Source: an uncultured Planctomycetaceae bacterium
GTDB taxonomy: Bacteria > Planctomycetota > Phycisphaerae > SM23-33
Reading direction: 5' to 3'
NCBI GenBank assembly: GCA_964428895.1
Contig: CAYRZU010000005.1
Location: 1,798 to 65,797 of the forward strand
DNA length: 64,000 nt
A program made the translations under genes and the position numbers. This document shows, in pieces, positions 44,864-52,319 of the stretch; positions within the stretch are counted from its first letter, which is position 1, and each line of letters begins with the position of its first letter. Under the pieces are notes generated by a model. The model made no database searches and had not been told where the DNA came from. It saw nothing but the letters and a program-made list of their open reading frames with translations.

Positions 44864-47653
44864 ATGAGCCGATCGTGGCTGTGGGTATTGGGGTTGGGCT
44901 TGTTGGTTGCGCTGGCCGGGTGCGTGGAGCCGGCAACGGCCCCACAGGCCGAGCAGCCGCCGGTTGCCGAGTCGCAGGAGCCCGTTCCCGTTCCTGCCGA
45001 TCCGGATGTCCTGCACGTTCCGGCCGAGACCGACCCGACCGGGCCGGTGGCCGTCGAGCAGCCTGTGCCGCCGACCAAGGGCCCTCAACCGCCCGCCGAG
45101 CCGGCCGAGCCGGTGGAGGCCGTCGAGCAGCCCGAGCCGGAAACTCCGGCCTCGCCCACCGAGATTGCCCCCGCCGAGCCGACCACTCAGCCGTTCGTCG
45201 CTACGGCCGAGCTCCGCGAACGGGCCATTGCCGCCGCCCTGGCCGGCAACTTCCGAGAGAGTTTCGAGGCGCTGTCGTCCGCGACGAACGCATTTTCCGG
45301 TGACCCGCAGACGTTGGACGCCATCGATCTGCTCGAACGCTATCTGGCCCGGCAGGACCAGTCCAATGCTGAACGGACAGCGGAGTACGACGAAGCCGTC
45401 CAGCGCGTCGGAATGGCCATGATGCTCCAACGCTACGTGGATGACGGGGTTGAGCAAGACCTGCGAGACCTGCTGGCCGAGCATATCGATGACCTCAGTG
45501 GAGCCTACGAGAGTGTCTCGCCGCCCGATGCAGTTCAGGACGCCGACGAGCCCGTGGCGGCAGCGCTGCGCGACGAAAGCCTGGGGGGAGTGGATGCATC
45601 CATCGAAGTCGTGGAGGCAATGACGGGCGCGCTGGCGGGGCGGTCGGGCCCGTACGCCGAGAAGGCCCTGGCGTTGGCAAAGGTGTTGGCCGGGCAGCTT
45701 CGTCTGTATCGGCAGGCGTGGTCCGACGCGTCCTTCGAGACCCCGGCCAAGCATGAGGCGTCCATCCGGCGCCTGCGCCGGCTGGAGAGCGATTTGGTCG
45801 ACGCCGTTGGCGACGTGGATGTGCTGGCTTCGGAAGCGCCCTGGCGACCGGCCTTGATTCAGGCGTCGATTGCCTCGCGCTGCGTTCCCGCCGACAAGAC
45901 CATGACCGACCAGCAGTGGTACCGCGACTTGGTGATGGACATCGAGCAGCGGGCCCAGGCCCTGATGGACGAGGCCGAGTGGCTGCAGGCGTTGGCCGCC
46001 TACAGCGGGCTGAAGATGCTGGACGAGGACAGCGACGAATACGAGCGGATGGTCAAGCGCACCCGCAAGCACGTCCGCGTGCTGGGCCTTTACAGCCTCC
46101 GTGAAACCGACGAAGCCGACGAGGACGAACTCGCGACGACGCAACCGGCGTCGATCGAGGACGAAGAGCTTTGGCGGGAATACGTCCAGGGCATCAATGA
46201 GCGGATGGTGCGCGTGATCATTTCCCGCGTGGAGAGCTTCTACGTGACCTCGGTCGACTACCGCGACCTGATCAACGGGGCTTTGGGCAGCATCCAGGTG
46301 TTGGTCGAAACGCCCCAGGTGACGGGCACCTTCGAAGGGCTCTCCGATGACACCAAGCGAGAGGCCTTCGCCACCGCCATTCAAGAGGCGCTGGATCACG
46401 TGGCCATTAAGCAGGACCCGCTGGACCACTTGGACCTACTGCTGGCCTTGAAGACGGTTCTGGACGAGTCGGAAAAGACCGTTGAACTGCCCGTCTCGGT
46501 GCTGGGGATGGAGTTCACCCACGGATTCCTGGGCGAGCTGGACGAGTTCAGCCAGCCGATTTGGCCCAACGATGTTCCTCGATTCAACAAGGCCATGAAG
46601 GGCCGTTTCGTGGGCGTGGGCATTCAGGTCGAAAAGGAAATCGGCGAGCCGCTGAAGGTGGTCATGCCGATCGCCGACACCCCGGCGTTTCGGGCCGGCA
46701 TTAAGGCGGGCGACCTGATTATGGCCGTCGACGGCGTGCTGACCGAGGAACTTCCCATCGATCAGATCATCGACATGATCGTCGGCGAGAAGGGCACGAC
46801 GGTGGTGCTTCGGGTTCGCCGGCGGGGGATGTTGACCCCGGTGGACATGCCCATCGTGCGAGACACGATCAAGATCGCTTCGGTCAAGGGCTGGCGCCTC
46901 AAGCCGGACGGCCAATGGGACTACATGCTCGATCCGGCCTCGGGGATCGGCTACATCCGCGTGACACGGTTCACCGAGGGGACCCCGTCGGATGTGGCGG
47001 CGGCGTTGAAGGACCTCCGGGCCCAGAACGCCAGCGCGTTGGTGTTGGACTTGCGACTCAACCCGGGCGGGCTATTGCGAGAGGCCAGTCGGACCGTCAA
47101 TGAGTTCGTCGAAGGCGGGCAGATTGTCATGACCCGCGGGCGACACGTACCAAAGACGGAGATCAACGCCAACTGGCGTGGCCGTTACACCGACGCTCCG
47201 CTGATCGTGCTGATTGACGAATACTCGGCGTCGGCTTCGGAGATCGTCAGCGGCGCCCTGCAGGACATGGGGCGGGCCACCGTGGTCGGCCAGCGCAGTT
47301 ACGGCAAGGGCAGCGTGCAGCAGGTGCTGCCGATTTCCGGCCCGCCGGACGAGGCCCTGTTGAAGCTGACCAGTGCCTACTACTACGTCGGCCCGTCGGA
47401 GTACCTGGTGCACCGGACTAACGGCGCCAAGGACTGGGGGGTCGAGCCGGACATCGAAGTGCTCATGACGCCGCAGCAGACCAAGCATTGGCTGGAAATT
47501 CGCCAGCAGACCGATCTGCTGCACGAGGTCGATCCGGATCAGTTGGAGGCCGATCTGGCCGAACAGTACGAGGCGGACATTCAGTTGCTCACGGCGGTGA
47601 CGTTGCTGAAGCTCAAACAACTGGCCACCGAACCGGTGCAAGCGGCTCGTTAG
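44864..47653 (+). CDS. S41 carboxy-terminal processing peptidase with PDZ domain and about 600-aa N-terminal extension; probable lipoprotein
   Basis: ATG 44864 gives 'MSRSWLWVLGLGLLVALAGC' (lipobox LAGC). An in-frame GTG at 44843 would add 'MKRRLSS'. PDZ 'GVGIQVEKEIGEPLKVVMPIADTPAFRAGIKAGDLIMAVDG', catalytic 'DEYSASASEIVSGALQD' and 'GKGSVQ'. Confidence 0.9.
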   Translation: MSRSWLWVLGLGLLVALAGCVEPATAPQAEQPPVAESQEPVPVPADPDVLHVPAETDPTGPVAVEQPVPPTKGPQPPAEPAEPVEAVEQPEPETPASPTEIAPAEPTTQPFVATAELRERAIAAALAGNFRESFEALSSATNAFSGDPQTLDAIDLLERYLARQDQSNAERTAEYDEAVQRVGMAMMLQRYVDDGVEQDLRDLLAEHIDDLSGAYESVSPPDAVQDADEPVAAALRDESLGGVDASIEVVEAMTGALAGRSGPYAEKALALAKVLAGQLRLYRQAWSDASFETPAKHEASIRRLRRLESDLVDAVGDVDVLASEAPWRPALIQASIASRCVPADKTMTDQQWYRDLVMDIEQRAQALMDEAEWLQALAAYSGLKMLDEDSDEYERMVKRTRKHVRVLGLYSLRETDEADEDELATTQPASIEDEELWREYVQGINERMVRVIISRVESFYVTSVDYRDLINGALGSIQVLVETPQVTGTFEGLSDDTKREAFATAIQEALDHVAIKQDPLDHLDLLLALKTVLDESEKTVELPVSVLGMEFTHGFLGELDEFSQPIWPNDVPRFNKAMKGRFVGVGIQVEKEIGEPLKVVMPIADTPAFRAGIKAGDLIMAVDGVLTEELPIDQIIDMIVGEKGTTVVLRVRRRGMLTPVDMPIVRDTIKIASVKGWRLKPDGQWDYMLDPASGIGYIRVTRFTEGTPSDVAAALKDLRAQNASALVLDLRLNPGGLLREASRTVNEFVEGGQIVMTRGRHVPKTEINANWRGRYTDAPLIVLIDEYSASASEIVSGALQDMGRATVVGQRSYGKGSVQQVLPISGPPDEALLKLTSAYYYVGPSEYLVHRTNGAKDWGVEPDIEVLMTPQQTKHWLEIRQQTDLLHEVDPDQLEADLAEQYEADIQLLTAVTLLKLKQLATEPVQAAR

Positions 47654-47706
47654 CCGCCGGGGCCGGGCAATAGCCCGACAGCGAGAGAATCCTAATGGTA
47701 CGTGTC

Positions 47707-47732
47707 ACATGGCCACGCTTGCGTGGCCATGT
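47707..47732 (+). terminator. 12-bp-arm perfect hairpin between convergent genes (terminator candidate)
   Basis: ACATGGCCACGC-tt-GCGTGGCCATGT, followed by TGCGTTTG. Sits 54 nt after the S41 stop and 51 nt before the RDD gene stop. Confidence 0.45.
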
Positions 47733-47782
47733 TGCGTTTGAAGGGACTTGGCGTCGGATGGCTCGGCCATGTCCGGAGTCGA

Positions 47783-49510
47783 CTAGGCCTGGTTGTCGGG
47801 CTCTCGGTCGGCGTGGTTGCCCATGATCGGCGGCTGCAGCGGCAGGGGCGCCTGGGTGACGACCAGTGTCCGGCCGACGACGTCTCCCAGCCGTTGGCGG
47901 CGCGGGCTGAACAGGGGGAAGATCAGCAGCAGCGGCATGCGGTCGATCATGGCCTTGGGCACGTTCCGGTAGACCGCCTGCAGCCACGTGGGGCCTTCGC
48001 CCGTGACGGATATGACACGGAGTTTCAGAAGCTTCTTGCCCAACGTCGCGCCAAAGCATGCGTCCATGACGACGTTGTAAGCGAAATACAGGCCCATGCC
48101 GGCGATGTGAATCGTGGCGCCGGCCCAGGTCTGGAGCACGGGCGTAATCAACTTGCCCATCTTCGTCGGCGTGGTCGCCTGGCGCAGCTGTTCGACGGTG
48201 ATCCACTCCCGCTCCAAGGCCCAATAGATGGTGGCGAGTGTGACTATCGCTACAAAGGGGACAAAGTCGATCAGGCCCGCCACGAAGCGCTTGTCCAGCG
48301 GGGCGATTCGCAACTCGGCGGGCAGGGGCGGCTCGCCCAGGCTTCCCCGGCGGCGCAGGAAGAACATCGCCAGCAAGAGCACCAACAGGGCCGTGCCCAA
48401 CACGTTGTCGATGGCGATGCCGCCTTGATCAAGAGGGCTGGCGCCGAAGGCCTCGATGGGCCGGGGGGGCTCGGCCGAACCGTTGACCTCGCAGAAGGTC
48501 AATTCAGCCTGGTCGGCGTGGAAGCGGACCAGGCCGACTCGGTCGCCCAGGGCCGCCCCGACCAGCCGTCCGTCGGCCGGGATCAACACCTCCTGGCCGT
48601 CTCGCGTGACGGGCTGGAGGTGGATCGTCTGATCGTCTTGGATGGTGGCAATGGTCAGGGCCGTTGTCCCATCGGTGGCCTCGGCGGCCAAGACCATGCG
48701 GACCTGTCCGGCCAGCACCGCCATCAGCAACGGTCGCGCGGGGGCGACGGGGTCGGGCAGGTCCAGGCGCCGCCATTGCTCTTGGGCCCACAGCCACAGC
48801 TGCAGGTCCGCGGCCGCGGGGTCGCTTAGCAGCAGGTACAGCTGATTGTCCCGGGCCGAAGCGAAGACGGTGGTGGCCTCGCCCAAGTCCATATCCGGAA
48901 GCTCGCAGATATACTGCCACTGTTGGTCGAGGGTCTGGAAGCACGCCAACGATCCCCGAAGGCTCGATGCGGGAGCTTCCTGCGGCGGAATCGAGTCGAT
49001 GGCCTCGCCGTCCGATTTCACAACGGGCTCGGCGGGTGTGGGAGGGGGATCGATTCGCGGCACCACGGCCAGGATGGATGCCCCTTCGGCGGGGCCGTAG
49101 CCGGTGGCGTCGGTCAGCGCTAGCGGGGCGGCGCCCTTGGGCCAGCGCTCGTGGGTGGGCGGGGCCCCCTGGATCATGCGGCCATCCGGTGTGAAGGCCA
49201 GGCAGTCCAGGGGATCGATCAGGAACAGGTTCAGCCGATGACCGGCAGCGCTGGCTCGGAGGATATTGCCGCGAAGCCCTCTCCGGACCCATTGCTGGTC
49301 GGCGTCGTTGGCGCCGATCCGCCAGGGCAGCAGGTCGAAGGTGATCGCTTTGGTGTCTCGCCGGATGATCCACAGCAGTTCGGTGCTGCCGGCGACGAGA
49401 AGGTTGTCGGCCTCGGTGGTGTTTTCGGCGTGGGCGGGCCAGGTGGGGGCCAGGGCCGCCAGGGCCATCGCCAACAGGCACAATTGAGCTTGTAGGGTCA
49501 GGGAACGCAT
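47783..49510 (-). CDS. RDD-family membrane protein with large N-terminal periplasmic domain
   Basis: 575 aa. Signal peptide 'LLAMALAALAPTWPAHA' and a domain of about 380 aa with no known motif. C-terminal RDD domain ('KRFVAGLIDF...', 'GATLGKKLLKLRV', 'RQRLGDVVGRTLVV') with 3 TM helices. Confidence 0.75.
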   Translation of the reverse strand: MRSLTLQAQLCLLAMALAALAPTWPAHAENTTEADNLLVAGSTELLWIIRRDTKAITFDLLPWRIGANDADQQWVRRGLRGNILRASAAGHRLNLFLIDPLDCLAFTPDGRMIQGAPPTHERWPKGAAPLALTDATGYGPAEGASILAVVPRIDPPPTPAEPVVKSDGEAIDSIPPQEAPASSLRGSLACFQTLDQQWQYICELPDMDLGEATTVFASARDNQLYLLLSDPAAADLQLWLWAQEQWRRLDLPDPVAPARPLLMAVLAGQVRMVLAAEATDGTTALTIATIQDDQTIHLQPVTRDGQEVLIPADGRLVGAALGDRVGLVRFHADQAELTFCEVNGSAEPPRPIEAFGASPLDQGGIAIDNVLGTALLVLLLAMFFLRRRGSLGEPPLPAELRIAPLDKRFVAGLIDFVPFVAIVTLATIYWALEREWITVEQLRQATTPTKMGKLITPVLQTWAGATIHIAGMGLYFAYNVVMDACFGATLGKKLLKLRVISVTGEGPTWLQAVYRNVPKAMIDRMPLLLIFPLFSPRRQRLGDVVGRTLVVTQAPLPLQPPIMGNHADREPDNQA

Positions 49511-49517
49511 GGCAAAG

Positions 49518-50483
49518 TCAGGGCAGGCGGCTGGCGGGCCGGTCGACGCGGACGATCCGCTCTTGGGGCATCCCGGCGGGCAGATGGTCGCGGAAGCGGC
49601 AGGCGGCCGGTTCTCCCTTGGGGTCGGTGGTTATTTCCGAGAGGCGCAGGCGGATCTGGCTGTGATTGCCTGGCCAGGTGATACGGATGTCGGTCGGCAC
49701 GAATACGTGGGGGTCGTCCGGAGTTACATTCGCGCTGCCGTAGAATGTGGCGGGCAGTGCGTATTCGCCCATGTCCGCGGCCATGGCGGTCATCCCCCCC
49801 CCGTCGATGAACTCCATGTGGAACGGTCGGGCCGGCTGCGAATCGGACCAGCGCAGATGCGTGCGGCGGTTCAGGAGGATGTTCCTGGACCCCACCTGTC
49901 GCTCGATGTGATTGAGCACATAGGCGTAGTCCGGCGGGTCGGTGTCCATGGTCAGGGCCATTGCCGGCAGTTGGGTCAGGTCTGTCGGCCAGGCGGTTAC
50001 GTTCAGCACAGCCAGCAGGTCCAGGGGGTTGACGGCCATTTGCTGGGCGTAGGGGGCGCCGGCGTGGTCGCAGTCGCCCCAGTAGGCGGCGCCGTTGTCG
50101 CCGAGCTTGTACCAGAAGTAGTAGACGCTTTCCTCACGGCTGACGCCGATGCGGAACAAGTCCATCCCCATTTCGCGACCGATCAGAACGAAGTCGTGCA
50201 GGCCGGCTGCATCCGGCCCCTTGAACAGCATCAGGATGCCGTTGGGCGTCGCCAACGGACTGGCGGACCCCCATGTCATGGGCAGGCCGCCGTCGGGATT
50301 GGCGATGACGATCTCCATTCGCACCCGCGCCCACAACTGTTCGACCTGATTGGCGTTGGTGTTGTGGCCTTGGATGAGTTCCTTCAGCGACAGTTCCTCG
50401 GTCGGTAGGGGCTGGACACACCCGGCCGGAGTGACCACGAGCACCGCCAGAGCCGCCATTGCGATCCGTCGCAGACTCGTCAT
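49518..50483 (-). CDS. hypothetical lipoprotein
   Basis: 321 aa. 'MTSLRRIAMAALAVLVVTPAGC' lipoprotein signal. No recognisable catalytic motif. ATGA overlap with the upstream gene. Confidence 0.7.
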   Translation of the reverse strand: MTSLRRIAMAALAVLVVTPAGCVQPLPTEELSLKELIQGHNTNANQVEQLWARVRMEIVIANPDGGLPMTWGSASPLATPNGILMLFKGPDAAGLHDFVLIGREMGMDLFRIGVSREESVYYFWYKLGDNGAAYWGDCDHAGAPYAQQMAVNPLDLLAVLNVTAWPTDLTQLPAMALTMDTDPPDYAYVLNHIERQVGSRNILLNRRTHLRWSDSQPARPFHMEFIDGGGMTAMAADMGEYALPATFYGSANVTPDDPHVFVPTDIRITWPGNHSQIRLRLSEITTDPKGEPAACRFRDHLPAGMPQERIVRVDRPASRLP

Positions 50484-50986
50484 GCCGGGTCCTCCATGAT
50501 CTCGCCGAGGTGTTCGCTGAGGTCGGCGATCTGGGCTTCATCCAGCTTGGGGTCGATAACGTCGTGGGTGCGGTCCGAGCCGCGCGTGCGGAGGCGCCAG
50601 ACCTCGCGGCCCAGGCCGTCGGTTTCGGTGTGATCGTAGACCAACAGCTTCTTGCGCATCAGGATCAGCGTCAGCACGTAGCGGAAGTTGATGCGGCTGT
50701 CTTGGTCGGCGCCTTCGAGGCGTTCGAAGAGATTCATGAGAAGCTCGTTGTCGATCAGGAGCTTCTTTTTGGCTTGGGGCTCGGGCACGCGCGTTCGCCA
50801 GACGCCCAGGACCTTGGGGTCGTCGTCGCAGGGGTGTTCGTCCCAGTGGGCGACGCAGTAGTCCTCGCGGGCCAGCCCGTCGTCGGTGTCGCGCAACACG
50901 GCCACAAACTCCTCACCGGGCTCCATCTGACGGCCCGTGCCGACGCATACGCCGGCGGGCTTGGCGATGTCGTATTCCTTGGCCAT
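50480..50986 (-). CDS. hypothetical cytoplasmic protein (168 aa)
   Basis: 'MAKEYDIAKPAGVCVGTGRQMEPGEEFVAVL...' followed by 'KKKLLIDNELLMNLFERL...INFRYVLTLILMRKKLL'. No family recognised. 5 nt after the cyclodeaminase-like gene. Confidence 0.65.
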   Translation of the reverse strand: MAKEYDIAKPAGVCVGTGRQMEPGEEFVAVLRDTDDGLAREDYCVAHWDEHPCDDDPKVLGVWRTRVPEPQAKKKLLIDNELLMNLFERLEGADQDSRINFRYVLTLILMRKKLLVYDHTETDGLGREVWRLRTRGSDRTHDVIDPKLDEAQIADLSEHLGEIMEDPA

Positions 50987-50991
50987 GGGTG

Positions 50992-51618
50992 CTACGCCAG
51001 CATCGTCCCGCCGATGGCTTCGATTTCGTCGAGGAGTGTGACGGCCCGGGCCAGGTCATCGGCCGACGACTGCTTGACCTCGGCCGCCGCGGCCGAGTCG
51101 GTCAGGGTCGGTATATTGACGCGAACGTTGTAGTCGCTCAAGCGAACGGCCGCGGCCAGCAGCGTGGCTGAGGCCATCAGGTCGGTGATCAGCCAGGGGT
51201 TGACCTTGCCGGCCAGTTCCTTCATGTCGTCCATGACAGCCAGGGCGAGTTTCATGGCCTCGCGGGGTACGTCGATGGCTGCGGCAGTGGCGAGTTGGAC
51301 GGCCTCGTCCTTTTCCGGCCCGTCGTCCTGGCGTGAGGCCCCCTGATAGAGCTGATAGGCTTTGGCGTCGTCGGCGACGAGGTCCTGGAACATCTGGCAG
51401 GCCTTGGCCAGGCGGTCGGCCAGATGCCCGTAGTAGTCTTCGTGCTCGGCGAACTTCTTCTTCCCTTGCGTGAAGACCAGGGACATCTGCCCCAGGGCGA
51501 CGCCCATGGCGCCAACGGCGCCGGCCACGCTGCCGCCTCCGGGGGTGGGGGTCTTGGCGGCGGTGGCGGCGATGAAATCCTTGACCGGCAAATCCATGAA
51601 GTTGATGCTCTCGCTCAC
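50992..51618 (-). CDS. cyclodeaminase/cyclohydrolase family protein (FTCD C-terminal-like)
   Basis: 208 aa. 'FIAATAAKTPTPGGGSVAGAVGAMGVALGQMS' is the hallmark N-terminal block of the formiminotetrahydrofolate cyclodeaminase family. Confidence 0.85.
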   Translation of the reverse strand: MSESINFMDLPVKDFIAATAAKTPTPGGGSVAGAVGAMGVALGQMSLVFTQGKKKFAEHEDYYGHLADRLAKACQMFQDLVADDAKAYQLYQGASRQDDGPEKDEAVQLATAAAIDVPREAMKLALAVMDDMKELAGKVNPWLITDLMASATLLAAAVRLSDYNVRVNIPTLTDSAAAAEVKQSSADDLARAVTLLDEIEAIGGTMLA

Positions 51619-51704
51619 AACGTTTCCCTTCCTCTCAATGCGGTTGGCTGCAATCGTGGCGGACGGCTTGGACCCGGCGCGGGCCGGGGTCGTTGGTGGT
51701 GGGG

Positions 51705-52196
51705 TTACTGGTCGGCGTCCGGCTGGCTACCTTCGCGGGCCTCGACCTCGGACAGGTAAGCGAGTGTCCGGTCCAGCTCGTTCTTCAGGTGGCTGACGCG
51801 GAGGAGGCTCTTGACTCGGGTCAGCAGTTCCAGGCGGTTGACGGGCTTGGAGACGAAATCATCCGTGCCGGACGCGACGGCCCGCTCGATGTCGTGGAGT
51901 TCGTTCAGGGCGGTGACCATGATGACCGGCACGTCGCGGGTCCTGGGGTCGCTCTTGAGCTTGGGACAGACCTCAAAGCCGCTCATCTTGGGCATCATGA
52001 TGTCCAGGAGGATGAGGTTGTAGTCGGCCTGCTGGACCTTCTCCAGGGCTTCGGGTCCGTCGGTGGCGGTGTCGATCTGACAGCCGAGGTCTTCCAGATA
52101 GGCGACAATCAGCTCGAGGTTCTGAAGGTTGTCGTCGACGACTAAAATGCGGCTATCGGCTATGTTTGACTCGCTACTGACGGGCCTGTCCGACAT
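51705..52196 (-). CDS. response regulator, receiver domain only (plus short C-terminal helix)
   Basis: Start at 'MSDRPVSSESNIADSRILVVDD' (ATG 52196). 'LILLDIMMPKMSG' (phospho-Asp), 'VIMVTA', 'DFVSKP'. No output domain. Confidence 0.9.
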   Translation of the reverse strand: MSDRPVSSESNIADSRILVVDDNLQNLELIVAYLEDLGCQIDTATDGPEALEKVQQADYNLILLDIMMPKMSGFEVCPKLKSDPRTRDVPVIMVTALNELHDIERAVASGTDDFVSKPVNRLELLTRVKSLLRVSHLKNELDRTLAYLSEVEAREGSQPDADQ

Positions 52197-52319
52197 GCGG
52201 TCTCTCCCAAAAGCTCCAGCCGGGATAGTCGGCCGGTATTCCGAAGACCCTATCTGTGCCCGGTCCAAATAGCAAGACCGTTGTTGGCTCGGCCGCCGCC
52301 AAGTCAGTACCATGCTCGC

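Noticed and set aside
44861-46429. 522-aa minus-strand ORF opposite the S41 protease N-terminal region
   Set aside because: It has no motifs and an Arg/Gly/Leu/His-rich composition. The + strand frame is continuous with the PDZ and S41 domains and begins with a lipoprotein signal.
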